From the IMG/VR virus record IMGVR_UViG_3300047994_000374, positions 1 to 64,000 of that record: DNA of 64,000 nucleotides. One strand, given 5' to 3'. Below are positions 50,061 through 59,701 of this stretch, piece after piece (position 1 is the stretch's first letter; every line of letters begins with the position of its first letter). A model generated the notes under the pieces. That model had not been told where the DNA came from. It did not search any database and saw only the letters and a program-made list of their open reading frames with translations. A program made the position numbers and the translations under genes.

Positions 50061-50268
50061 TTATGGGGCTGGTGGTTGATATCTTCCACCAACTGAAGAT
50101 ACGCTACCATCACAAATTCCACCCCATGCAATTAATTCCGTGCCTGACCAAGTAGTTGCTGCATCTGCACAAAATCCAGATGGAGGGGAGAAAGCAGGTC
50201 GTAGTAGTTTGAGTCGTGCATCCTAAAACAAATAAACATATCGTTGCTAATATATTTTTATAATTCAT
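50061..50268 (-). pseudogene. collapsed lipoprotein with one Kelch-like repeat remnant
   Basis: MNYKNILATICLFVLGC lipobox, then in another frame WSGTELIAWGG...GGRYQP*. Confidence 0.55.
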
Positions 50269-50309
50269 TTCTCTCTTCTCGTTTACAATGGGGTGTATTA
50301 GGTATGATT

Positions 50310-50663
50310 TCATGATAGTGTTATTAATTTTTGTAGTCTATCGTAAGTAATATCAAATGGGGGAGCGAAATCTAACTGTGTGTGAATCTTCTTTTGTTTC
50401 GCCAACCAACAAGTAATTTTATGAGCACCGAAAATAGTATCATCTTCCCAGCTCAAAATAAATTCAGTGCCGCTTTGATCCCACATTGTTTTATAAAGAC
50501 CATGTGAATAATATGTATTGCCAATGTATTTTCGCTTATCTAAAACTATATTACATGATAAACATTTTTTGGTTTCATAAACGAGGAGCCCATCTTTGTT
50601 TTTAAGCAAGTGTGATTTGCAGAGCGGGCAACATTTATTTCTGAATAGTGTTTTGATTTTCAT
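50310..50663 (-). CDS. tail-family protein, LPxNTPFNIT-related
   Basis: CPLC/CLSC; PPFDIT; ends RLQKLITLS (F replaced by L). Confidence 0.72.
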   Translation of the reverse strand: MKIKTLFRNKCCPLCKSHLLKNKDGLLVYETKKCLSCNIVLDKRKYIGNTYYSHGLYKTMWDQSGTEFILSWEDDTIFGAHKITCWLAKQKKIHTQLDFAPPFDITYDRLQKLITLS

Positions 50664-50686
50664 GTTCTATTGCTGTTATTTAAAAT

Positions 50687-50761
50687 TGGAGCCCCCTGCC
50701 TGGAATCAAACCGGCACCCAAGACGTACAAAGTCCTAATTCTATCATTAAACTAAGGGGGC
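50687..50761 (-). tRNA. tRNA-Thr(TGT) with encoded CCA
   Basis: Acceptor GCCCCCT/AGGGGGC; TAGTTTAATGATAGAA D arm; anticodon loop TTTGTAC; T stem with a 1-nt bulge. Confidence 0.78.
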
Positions 50762-50773
50762 TGAACTTTTTAT

Positions 50774-50802
50774 AAGTTAATCATTCGTAGCAAAAAAGTC
50801 AA
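50774..50802 (-). promoter_or_regulatory. sigma70-like promoter upstream of tRNA-Thr
   Basis: TTGACT-N17-TAACTT. Confidence 0.5.
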
Positions 50803-51309
50803 TTAAATTTTCAATATTTTATTTGGATTTTCATCTAAATGCCTGACAATCTCATCAAAAGAAATGCTTAATTCTTTTTCCAGGAATTTTTTACTTATCG
50901 TCTTCAGTATTGGCGATGAGTTTAAGATCATTGATGATGGCAGCGAACAAACTACTAAATGCCTTGTGGTTGGGTGGACCGTAATAATAAATCCAGTCAT
51001 ATTATTGCACTTATTAAGATAAGCATTTTGATCATAAACTCTTCCTTTTCCAAGTTGTCCGGATGGAATTAGAGATACTTTATCACTTTTTGCCATGACA
51101 CGAGATTCATATTTATTACCCAAATCATCTTCTATATCGAAATGTTCATCTTTACTTTTATGCAAATTTGTGAAATTGCTACGCATAAGAGCCTCAGACC
51201 ATGGTGATTGCGCCCGACCGTCTGATAATATTTCTTCAATTTCTTTTGCGCTTAAGTTATCATACTTTGGTGCAGTGATTTTTTTTACCATATATACAGC
51301 TTGGATCAT
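50803..51309 (-). CDS. putative PD-(D/E)xK restriction endonuclease-like protein
   Basis: FDIEDDLGNKYESR spacing; directly downstream of an MTase. Confidence 0.45.
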   Translation of the reverse strand: MIQAVYMVKKITAPKYDNLSAKEIEEILSDGRAQSPWSEALMRSNFTNLHKSKDEHFDIEDDLGNKYESRVMAKSDKVSLIPSGQLGKGRVYDQNAYLNKCNNMTGFIITVHPTTRHLVVCSLPSSMILNSSPILKTISKKFLEKELSISFDEIVRHLDENPNKILKI

Positions 51310-51318
51310 ATATCATTA

Positions 51319-52150
51319 TCAATATCTTTCAAAAAATAACTTCTGTTTGAGGGTTAAAAATAATTCTTCACGAGATAAACTTTTTACTCCTGCTGTTTTG
51401 TTGACGATTTTAGAAAAATCTATATCGTTAATAAATTGAACGATATCTTTTGCGTATTTTTTTTCATTAAGCTTAATGAAATAATGAGATGATTTTGATA
51501 ATGTTTTAAATTCAAGAGACGCTTTGCCGGCTCTTCCGCCCACCCTACGGATAGCTAGATCTGCCTTATCTTTTTTGACAAAGGAAAATACATCATTGTT
51601 TAATGATATTTTGTTTATGTTTCTCGGCTTATCGGATCGTCGCCATATTTGGAAGCAACATGGAACATCATAAGACTTACCATCATATGTAAATGAATTT
51701 TTTGGCAAATCAAAGTTCTTAACCAGTCGAAAATATTTATTAAGTTTGTTTTGTAATGAACGCTTTTGAAATGTTTTTGGAATAACAAATGCAATTACAT
51801 CAGAAAATTCTGCAGCATGATTGAAAAATTTGACAGCCAAAGAACAAATTCTACCGAACGGTGGATTGCCAATTGTAATTATTTTTTTTGTCAGATGGCG
51901 CCAAAAAATCAAAAAAATCTAACTCAATTACATCATTAAATTTAGGATCCAAATCGATACCAAGCCGCAACTCTTCTGGCATTAGTTTTAAAAAAGATCC
52001 GGTTCCAGCCGAAGGTTCCAAGAATAATGTAAAATCATTTAAATTCAATTCTTGATTTAATTTATCATAACAAAATTGAGCCGTCGAGTCCGACGTATAA
52101 AATTGATCTAATTTTGATTTTTGTTTGTAAATTGTATTTTTAGTTGTCAT
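51319..52150 (-). pseudogene. N6-adenine methyltransferase split by a +1 frameshift in an A8 run
   Basis: DQFYT and FLEPSAGTGSF in 51851-52150; IGNPPFG in 51319-51912; removing one A from 51882-51889 joins them. Confidence 0.85.
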
Positions 52151-52212
52151 ATTTTTATACCAAATTAGTACTACGTATGTTTAAGTATGTTTAAGTTTTT
52201 CTATACACCAAG

Positions 52213-52401
52213 TCAAGTGAAAGCTTTAATCTTTTTGCATCTCTCGCTACAAAATCCGCTTCGTTGGCACATCTCTTCAAGTCTATTAAAAGATATCCCG
52301 ACGCCGTTAATGTAAGCATCATAGATAATTTTTTCATTACAAGCAAGACATCTTTCACCATACCACGCTCTAATATCTTTGACATCGGTATAATTTCTCA
52401 T
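52213..52401 (-). CDS. tail-family mini zinc finger (CxxC...CSxxC)
   Basis: CLAC/FCSERC; ends KKIKAFT. Confidence 0.75.
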   Translation of the reverse strand: MRNYTDVKDIRAWYGERCLACNEKIIYDAYINGVGISFNRLEEMCQRSGFCSERCKKIKAFT

Positions 52402-52550
52402 TCAAATGCACTCAATTCATCACATCTTTTACTACAATACTTAAAGCAATTACTTATACCAATTTCAGTAGCATAAGGGTCATATAATTTCTTACAAATA
52501 AGACATTCTGTTTCTACGCCAATATATGTGAAGTCATCGTCGTCATACAT
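52398..52550 (-). CDS. tail-family mini zinc finger (50 aa, not in track)
   Basis: MYDDDDF..CLIC...YCSKRCDELSAFE*; ATGA-coupled. Confidence 0.72.
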   Translation of the reverse strand: MYDDDDFTYIGVETECLICKKLYDPYATEIGISNCFKYCSKRCDELSAFE

Positions 52551-52553
52551 TGT

Positions 52554-52694
52554 TTATTCCCATCCGGAAAGTTCTTTGCAACGATTTGAGCAATACTTTT
52601 TACTCGTGTCTATTTTCCAATGCGGCGACTTAATACTAAAATGCTTCTTACAAATTGGACACACGCATCTGATTACATATTCAAAGATACTCAT
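52554..52694 (-). CDS. tail-family mini zinc finger (46 aa, not in track)
   Basis: MSIFEY..CPIC...YCSNRCKELSGWE*. Confidence 0.72.
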   Translation of the reverse strand: MSIFEYVIRCVCPICKKHFSIKSPHWKIDTSKKYCSNRCKELSGWE

Positions 52695-52885
52695 TGCCAA
52701 CACCTTAATTTACTACATCTTTCAGAACAATGCCACTCTTCATCGAAATTAAATTCATTGGTTTTCGATCGTAATTCAAACACTCCCTTGCATACTGGAC
52801 ACTCAACATTAACCATATAAATATAATGTTGGTTATAGTATCCGGAGTTCGTTAATATTTTATTGACCCATCCCACAGCTTTCAT
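52691..52885 (-). CDS. tail-family mini zinc finger
   Basis: CPVC/HCSERC; ends KLRCWQ. Confidence 0.72.
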   Translation of the reverse strand: MKAVGWVNKILTNSGYYNQHYIYMVNVECPVCKGVFELRSKTNEFNFDEEWHCSERCSKLRCWQ

Positions 52886-53064
52886 TCGAATCCCGAAAGT
52901 CTTTTACATCTTACTGAACAATAATCTTTCTTCCTCTTTATTTCATGGAGGTTAAACGCATCGTAAGTCATATCTACTTCAAATAAATTTTTACATATAT
53001 CACAGCTCATTGTAATAATATACGTAGGACCGTTAAGTTTGACGGATTTGTTTGACCACCACAT
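52882..53064 (-). CDS. tail-family mini zinc finger
   Basis: CDIC/YCSVRC; ends RLSGFE. Confidence 0.72.
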   Translation of the reverse strand: MWWSNKSVKLNGPTYIITMSCDICKNLFEVDMTYDAFNLHEIKRKKDYCSVRCKRLSGFE

Positions 53065-53232
53065 TCATCCCCACGCTCTCAAATCATAACACTTGAAACT
53101 ACAATACCCAACCGGAGGTAAAGCTTTCTTTACTTCATCGTATTTAAATCCGCCAAGCATACGAAGGTCCGTCTTACAAACCAAACAATTTGTTACTGGG
53201 GCTGCCGTATAGTATGTGATTGTAAAAAGCAC
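53065..53232 (-). CDS. tail-family mini zinc finger (55 aa, GTG start, not in track)
   Basis: CLVC...YCSFKCYDLRAWG*; overlaps the 3' end of the protease gene. Confidence 0.6.
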   Translation of the reverse strand: MLFTITYYTAAPVTNCLVCKTDLRMLGGFKYDEVKKALPPVGYCSFKCYDLRAWG

Positions 53233-53714
53233 CAACTCGGATGTTCATTGCAGAGTAAATCAATATCTTCTTTTGTAATATAATTTGACATCTTATCCAC
53301 ATAAGGATTCATGATACTAAAACGATTCATATGATCTAATCCTAATGCGTGCCCAGTCTCATGGATGACAACCTTTAAGAACCAATCCTCCGGCATATCA
53401 TTTAATTTTATCCAAGCGACATTGTTAGGACTATACCAAGTTGTCCAACCAAGTTCATCATCAAATGGGAAACCAGGAAATATATAGATGGTATTGTATC
53501 GTGGTGGTGAATGATTGCTTGCTCCTTGAACTCTAAATTGAAATTCAGGAGGATGCGTGATGATTAATTTTTTCCATTTTAGTACGCCTTCTTCAATTTG
53601 ATTTACTTGATGCGGTGTAAAATCAGAAGAGATATAGACGGTATATTTGGCAGGGATAGTTTCCGCGCACCCTGTCAATAAAATTAAAAATAGAAACAAA
53701 TAAACTAAACGCAT
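53193..53714 (-). CDS. matrixin-like metalloprotease lipoprotein
   Basis: Lipobox LLTGC; HETGHALGLDH; Met-turn SIMNP. Confidence 0.87.
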   Translation of the reverse strand: MRLVYLFLFLILLTGCAETIPAKYTVYISSDFTPHQVNQIEEGVLKWKKLIITHPPEFQFRVQGASNHSPPRYNTIYIFPGFPFDDELGWTTWYSPNNVAWIKLNDMPEDWFLKVVIHETGHALGLDHMNRFSIMNPYVDKMSNYITKEDIDLLCNEHPSWCFLQSHTIRQPQ

Positions 53715-53923
53715 TTACTTATAGTCTTGTTCTCCGCGCATCACCGCTAAAGTAATATCTGGCACTTCAGTGGCGCTCTTTACCCACACTTCATAGTCAC
53801 CGATGCTTGCATTCAATTTCTTATAGAAGTGGTAATCAACCGGAAACAAAGCTGTAAGTGCGCTAATGATATGCTTGCAGATTTCGTGGGATGATTGTGA
53901 TACGCGACAGATTTTAGTATGTA

Positions 53924-54115
53924 TCATGATATTTTTCTCAAAGTCTCTGGTGATAAATTTTCTCGGTATAAGTGTGTTTTAGTATTATCAAACCAAGCAC
54001 ACGCCAATAGAGTTGATTTTTCTGTTGCAGATGTTACCCAAGTGACAGTCATTTTAGGACCACCAGATTTTAATTGCACAACATCACCAATTTTGAATTC
54101 ATTTGTTTTAGACAT
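53924..54115 (-). CDS. YodC/DUF2158-like small protein
   Basis: FKIGDVVQLKSGGPKMTV...CAWF. Confidence 0.75.
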   Translation of the reverse strand: MSKTNEFKIGDVVQLKSGGPKMTVTWVTSATEKSTLLACAWFDNTKTHLYRENLSPETLRKIS

Positions 54116-55494
54116 TATTTTCCTGTTAATTTGTAATGAGTTTCTTTTAAGCTAATACTTTCTGAAGCCCTGTCAATGGGGAAAACGCCTTTAGAACAAA
54201 AGCTGCATCTCGTATAACGGCTCTTGAACTTATTGAAATGAACATATAGCTTCAGAAATAAATGGGTAATCTTCTTGGCACTCCTTGCAGCGTTCTTTGC
54301 GCTCAAGAAATTTACCTTTCCAATGAATAAGTTCTCGCCACCACCAGCGACGAAGCTTTGATAGCTTTGTTCGTTTGAATGGGATGACTTCTTCTTTGGC
54401 GCTTGAACGATATGGATTCACTTGACGCTTTTAAGGAGATCGATTTGAGCAAGAAGTTCGGTTCGACGGTCGTTAATATTATTCTGATAAACTCCTTCAA
54501 CCATCCATTCGATGTTGTCAATTTCATTTAATCGAATTTCTATTTCTTTGATCTTTAAATCGATTTTGTTTTGTTTCCTTGTATTAATTTTACTTTTCAT
54601 TTTCGCTTCTCTTTTTTCCAAACGCCCGACATAAGGACAATTTGATCATTATTTCAGTTGGCTGCTCTCTTTGAGATACGATAACCAATCAGTTCTTTTT
54701 TACGACCCTCGAAGTGCAGTGGGTAGTAAAGGTTGTTCTCCGGATCCAACCCAAACACTCGACCTTGTGTATCTACTTTGAGCCACTGGTCTTCGAATCC
54801 AAAGCGAAGGATCTTGTTGGTGAAGGATCGATCCGTGTCCAGCTCTTTGCATTCCTCTGAGTCGATGTCAAGCCAACGGGAGATCTTCACCGGTGATTGT
54901 GCGTCAAGATCTTTGGGTGAGATGCTAAGTGATTGCGCGTTATTGTATTCCATGGTAAGTTTGCTTTCTTAAGTTAGTGTTATTCTTTTGGTTCTTCTTT
55001 AGCTGGCTGAAGCTTGGTTCGAATGGTATCAACCGCCCACCGACCAACCTCAGCTCCAACAGCGCCGCACAAAGCCATTGCGAAACTCAATGCAAGGGTC
55101 TTTGAGAAATGCGGCTCTTTGTTATCATCGTCTGCGCTCATACTATAGTCAATCATGTTTCTTTTCTTTCTTTACTTGTTGTTATACATTTTGGTTAGCA
55201 TTGCAAATTCATACTGGCACACTAAGCATTTGCCGTGGATGTGGGGCTCTGCAGTATTCTCCAAGCACTCGCAATAGTGTCCCAACATGCGATCGGGGTC
55301 ATGTTTTTCATCGCAAGCGGGGCAGAGAATATATTTGTAGGCTGGCGTATAAGGAGGCTTCTTTTCTTTGATTCGATACTTAAATACATTGGCGGGAAGT
55401 TCTTTTGAACCTCGACCACGAATGAATGGAACGAATCTTGTAGCAACGCCAAGACTCAAAGCAGGTAGTGAGTATTCCAGTAGTTCAATTAACA

Positions 55495-55734
55495 TTATAT
55501 AAATGCTTTCAATTTTAAGTATCGTTTAAATTCTTCTTCCGAGTATTCTTTCCCAAACAGAAACCATCGTTTGATTGTGCCGTCTGTTGATTCGATGGCT
55601 GGACCCAACTCTCTATGAATGATAAAATCTCGTCCACGTTGTAAATACCACTGCTCGCCACATGATCCGGGTTCACTCCGATCGCTATCCCAATAAGAAA
55701 CTGAGTATTCCTTTCCATCTTCTATGATTTTCAT
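55495..55734 (-). CDS. tail-family protein with an LHRxxGPA repeat
   Basis: IHRELGPAIE...WFLFGKEYSEEEF; ends RYLKLKAFI. Confidence 0.77.
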   Translation of the reverse strand: MKIIEDGKEYSVSYWDSDRSEPGSCGEQWYLQRGRDFIIHRELGPAIESTDGTIKRWFLFGKEYSEEEFKRYLKLKAFI

Positions 55735-56314
55735 TCGATATATATAATTGGAATGCCCACGATTCGTTCAGGGAATTTGGATGAGGGACGAATAGAAAGC
55801 TTTGGCCAACTCAACTGTGAAGAGCATATCGAGCACGCATCTGACTTGCCCACATCATTATCGAACAAGCACAACCGAATGTCTGGGTGCAAGTCTCCAC
55901 ATCGATTGCAAACTATCTTGCCATCATCTAAACGATAACCAACTTTAGTCATGCGCACCCTTCAATGTAATAGGTATTCTGACATGCCCTGGACTCGTAA
56001 GTCATCAAAACAATCTTGGTGAAACGAGCCATGATCTCATACTCTGTTCCAACAAAAAAATAAGTCCGAACTTCTTTTGTTTTTTGATCATCTACTGACC
56101 CGCAAAAAACATGCCCGCGTTTGTCTTTGACACGCTGACCAAGTTCATAGCCTAAAACGAAAATTTCAAAAGGACTTGAAGCCTTATTCAAATACATCGA
56201 ATCAGCCTCTTGTTCCAATAGATCAAGCTCTTCATCCGACATGGAAGAAAGAGCGCGCTTCATTTTTTCGCTAAAAGGTTTCATTTCAATCATGGGTATA
56301 ACCTCGTGTCGGTT

Positions 56315-56343
56315 ATGATAAATCTGAATCTATTGGTCGTCAA
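56315..56343 (-). promoter_or_regulatory. sigma70-like promoter
   Basis: TTGACG-N17-TATCAT upstream of 55949-56293. Confidence 0.65.
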
Positions 56344-56365
56344 GTAAATTAAAAAAAATGAACAA

Positions 56366-56400
56366 GAAAAAAGGGTCAAAGGAAAGATCCTCTGACCCCT
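56366..56400 (-). terminator. intrinsic terminator
   Basis: Hairpin AGGGTCAAAGGA/TCCTCTGACCCCT followed by a U-rich tract on the minus strand. Confidence 0.6.
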
Positions 56401-56428
56401 TATACACACTCTATTCTTTAGCCGTGGA

Positions 56429-56617
56429 TTAGTTCAGAATAAATTGAGACCCGCACAACTCACAGCAGGTTCCCGTTTCATCCGACAAATGTTTGCACTC
56501 ACCACAAAAGAACGAAAGGAAAATTTTCGCAGCCCCAGTAGAATGCCGATGCCTTAATGCAAAGCGGCAGAGTTCTTCAATTTGCTTGTTGTCGTCTTCA
56601 GAGTTTCCATTAGCCAT
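56429..56617 (-). CDS. small Zn-binding protein (paralog of 58782-59090)
   Basis: IFLSFFCGECKH...CELCG versus ILLSFLSGECEH...CELCG. Confidence 0.65.
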   Translation of the reverse strand: MANGNSEDDNKQIEELCRFALRHRHSTGAAKIFLSFFCGECKHLSDETGTCCELCGSQFILN

Positions 56618-56762
56618 AGTTTCTTCTCTTTCTATTTATATCTGCATACCTTAAAAGATATCCAGCTTTTATTAAGTGATTTATTATTGATGGTTTTAAA
56701 TGAAACGAACTATCTTTTCTTCCTTCATTGCCGGTCCGGTGCAAAATTTCTCCTTTGCTTCG

Positions 56763-56850
56763 GTGTGGCGTTGCTTTCCGTCTCTTCGGATCTTTTAAGG
56801 CGCCCGACTGCCACTATTAATTGCCACTCAATATGTGTGGCGCTGCTTTC
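56763..56850. repeat. 16-bp direct repeat pair
   Basis: GTGTGGCGTTGCTTTC at 56763 and GTGTGGCGCTGCTTTC at 56835. Confidence 0.7.
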
Positions 56851-57010
56851 TGCCTCATTCACTATAATGCCTCAGTCTCAATGAGCAAATGGGAAAACGC
56901 TCTTCGTTTCTTTTTTTGTGGTATATGGTATATGTAAGCGATCATACGGCAGACGCGCAAAAGACCCGACATCTTTACGATATCGAGCCTGCGCAATTGC
57001 TATTTAGTTG

Positions 57011-57574
57011 TTAGGCTGCAATGCTACTGGGGCTTGGAGTAAGCTTCAGCACACCACCATTTCGACCACGAGACAGTTGCACATCGCTTCTGGTTCGTAG
57101 ATACTTGATCACATAATTATGACATTCATTTGTGGGCAAGTTGGTTTTTTGTGCGACCTGTAGCGTTAGCTCGCGTGTCTTGGTCATGGTTTCTGGACTC
57201 ATTTTACTGAGGCTCTCTGAAACCAATGCGATAATTTTTTGAGCATTGAATGAAGTGAATTGTGGTTTGATCTGATCCTTGCGAGAAATTCCACCACCTG
57301 GACCACGAATGCTTTGTAGATCATCTCGTGCCTCCAAATAGGTATCTACAATCGCCAGGGACAAGGTTGAACTGCATCCGTTTAGTTCGGATAGAGTTTG
57401 TGCCACTTCTTTCTTCGCAACGCTATGCTGCTTGGTCAAGGTGGTATCGATAATAATACCCGCTTGATCTGCCAGGTTTGCTGCCAACTTCCGAACCTTC
57501 GACATCGTTGTTTGTGCTTTGAGCATTTTATACCGTATCTCTTTCTTCGTTTCAAGTAAGACATGTTGAAGCAT
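57011..57574 (-). CDS. tandem winged-helix-like DNA-binding protein, paralog 1
   Basis: Two repeats ending YL..R.D(L/V)...RGPGGG / RGRNGG; start probably MLKAQ. Confidence 0.7.
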   Translation of the reverse strand: MLQHVLLETKKEIRYKMLKAQTTMSKVRKLAANLADQAGIIIDTTLTKQHSVAKKEVAQTLSELNGCSSTLSLAIVDTYLEARDDLQSIRGPGGGISRKDQIKPQFTSFNAQKIIALVSESLSKMSPETMTKTRELTLQVAQKTNLPTNECHNYVIKYLRTRSDVQLSRGRNGGVLKLTPSPSSIAA

Positions 57575-57669
57575 CGTTGCTCATCATATCGTTCTTTAAA
57601 TTTTTGTGGTGGGTTAAATGGGAATGGGAATAGTTAGAGGGTGATGTAGGAAATTGATTTGATTGCGCG

Positions 57670-57703
57670 AAGGCTCCTACATTACGGTATTTGTAGGAGC
57701 CTT
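57670..57703. terminator. stem-loop, probable terminator
   Basis: AAGGCTCCTACA-loop-TGTAGGAGCCTT between paralogs 1 and 2. Confidence 0.6.
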
Positions 57704-57718
57704 AATTAGATGAACCGA

Positions 57719-58273
57719 TTAACCAGTTGCTGTATGGGCGGCAGTTGCTTGTGCGCTTTCGATCTTGCGCAATCCGCCAAAGCGACCCTTGATAAGCTTG
57801 ATGTCTTTCCGCGAATGCAAGAGTTTGTTCACATTGTTCTTGCAGTCGGCTTCGTCCATCTTCACCTTGGCGGCGACCTTCGCAACCAAGTCTCGAGTCT
57901 TGAAACGATCTTCGGGTTTCACATTGTCGAGAATTTCTCCTGCTGCTGATTGAATCAATTTCGCAGTATCAGAAATACTACGCGGCTTCCGTTCCGGTTG
58001 TTTCGCCCCTACTCCACCGCCCGGACCACGAGCACTTTGAAGGTCCGCTCGTTGCGAGAGGTATGTATCGACGACTGCCATTGCCAACATCGGATTGCAA
58101 TCATTGAGATCGGTCAGCGTCTTTGCGAGACTGCTCTTCGTGATGCGCTCTCCTCGCTCACTCACTACATTGTCCAGGAGAGTTTCCGCCTGGTTTGCAA
58201 GCTTGGTAAAGATGTCGGTGACCTTGGTAACTGCCTCATTGTGTTTAGCCATTGTAATATCCTGCCTTTTCAT
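57719..58273 (-). CDS. tandem winged-helix-like DNA-binding protein, paralog 2
   Basis: YLSQRADLQSARGPGGG and LLHSRKDIKLIKGRFGG. Confidence 0.72.
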   Translation of the reverse strand: MKRQDITMAKHNEAVTKVTDIFTKLANQAETLLDNVVSERGERITKSSLAKTLTDLNDCNPMLAMAVVDTYLSQRADLQSARGPGGGVGAKQPERKPRSISDTAKLIQSAAGEILDNVKPEDRFKTRDLVAKVAAKVKMDEADCKNNVNKLLHSRKDIKLIKGRFGGLRKIESAQATAAHTATG

Positions 58274-58531
58274 TTTTTTGTTTTGTTTGTTTGACCCGCA
58301 GTTCGTATCGGGTGTCTATGGCTGTGGGTTTGATATGAATGGGAACCTTTATAAGTTAGTCGGTTTATGACACACTGAACTGTGCACGCGGTGAAACTTG
58401 TCTGCTCGTGCTGCCGGATCAAACGGAAACGGGTTGGCGATCTCACTTGACTTCTCCTCTAGACGGTTGTTGTAGGGGCAAACTGAACCCCTTACTTACG
58501 GCTCAGATGGTTATAGGTCAAGGGCTGAAAT

Positions 58532-58567
58532 AAAAAAGAGCGTGAACCAATTAAGATTCACGCCCCC
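58532..58567 (-). terminator. intrinsic terminator
   Basis: GGGGGCGTGAA-loop-TTCACGCTC followed by TTTTTT. Confidence 0.65.
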
Positions 58568-58590
58568 AAAACTACCGCAATCAACTTCTT

Positions 58591-59618
58591 TTAATTTGAA
58601 TTCATCGCTCTCAATATTTCTGCGTGAGCACGATGCTTGAACTTTCTCCAAGCCCAGTGAGCCAATGCGGGAACTTCATCCTCTGATACAAATCGAGCAA
58701 GGATGGTGCTTCGTTGTTCGTAAGTCAGCTCGTTCCATCTTTCTTCGTCGGAAAGGCGTCCGATCATCTTCGTTTCAAATTTCACCGCTCGGAATGATGC
58801 ACTTTGTCGACTCCGCACAGTTCGCATTGATTTGTTTCCTTGTCGAAAGAATGTTCGCATTCACCACTTAGGAATGACAACAAAATATCTCCTGCTTTCG
58901 GATCCTTTCTATGTTTGGTTGCATAGGTATGAATCGTGTCGAACAAGGCAAGATTGAAGCCTGCAGAACTAATTTTAGCTTTCTTCTGTTGCATGTGTTG
59001 GTTCCTCTGGGAAGAAACAGTTGATATCGGCACTGTGATAGTAGTCACCATCACGCCAAACGACAAGTGGATTTTGAATGGGTTCATCATCTAAAACGAT
59101 TCCACTCGTAAGATGATAGACCACAATCAGTTTCATCTTGTCAGCATAGTAGAACGGTGCCTTCGTTGGATTTGTAGTAGCAATCTTCGTTCCCTTCAAT
59201 AGTAAAACTTGATCGAACTGTTTGAATGGAAGAGAACTGATAGCATGAAAGCCTACATATCTCACTGGGCTTTACACTCTGCTACATAATCTTCACTGTC
59301 ATTAATAGTAGGCTCAACCGGATAACAAAACTTCTGGATGAGTTCTTCTTTTGAGATCTGGCTTTCATTATCACCAGCTCGATTAAAAGCGATTAGATCA
59401 TCAACCGAATCGTGAATGCGAGAGCTGGTTCCGATTTCTTCCACCCGCTCCAATTGCTTCTCGAGTTCGTCCATAGAGCTACGACCATACTCCTCCTTAT
59501 AGTATGCCTTAAACTCTTCCAGGCTCATACCATAAGTAATCGGAGCATCCACCACTGTGCTCCATTCCAAATACCAATCCTGTTGAGAATCAGTAAGCTT
59601 AATAATCATTCTACTCAT
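58591..59618 (-). other. four hypothetical ORFs
   Basis: ORF track 58591-58860, 58782-59090, 58975-59265, 59262-59618. Confidence 0.55.
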
Positions 59619-59701
59619 AAGTTATCTCTGTTCTTTTGTTTATAAATGGGAGCCGTAAGGGTATCCCAGGGCGCGGAATTTACTGCGATCGACCTTATCC
59701 A

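Noticed and set aside
54115-54421. Overlapping ORFs 54230-54421 (ends AICSFQ) and 54115-54306 as a frameshifted gene or tail member
   Set aside because: The correct frame could not be decided and the tail match is weak; not counted.
56700-56860. RNase P RNA or glycine riboswitch
   Set aside because: Only short resemblances (GCCACA, CACCGAAG); core motifs such as GAGGAAAGUCC or CUCAGG are absent.
59641-59700. tRNA 3' fragment ending CCA
   Set aside because: No T-loop, anticodon arm or matching acceptor strand; the CCA belongs to a TCCCATTT-type motif.
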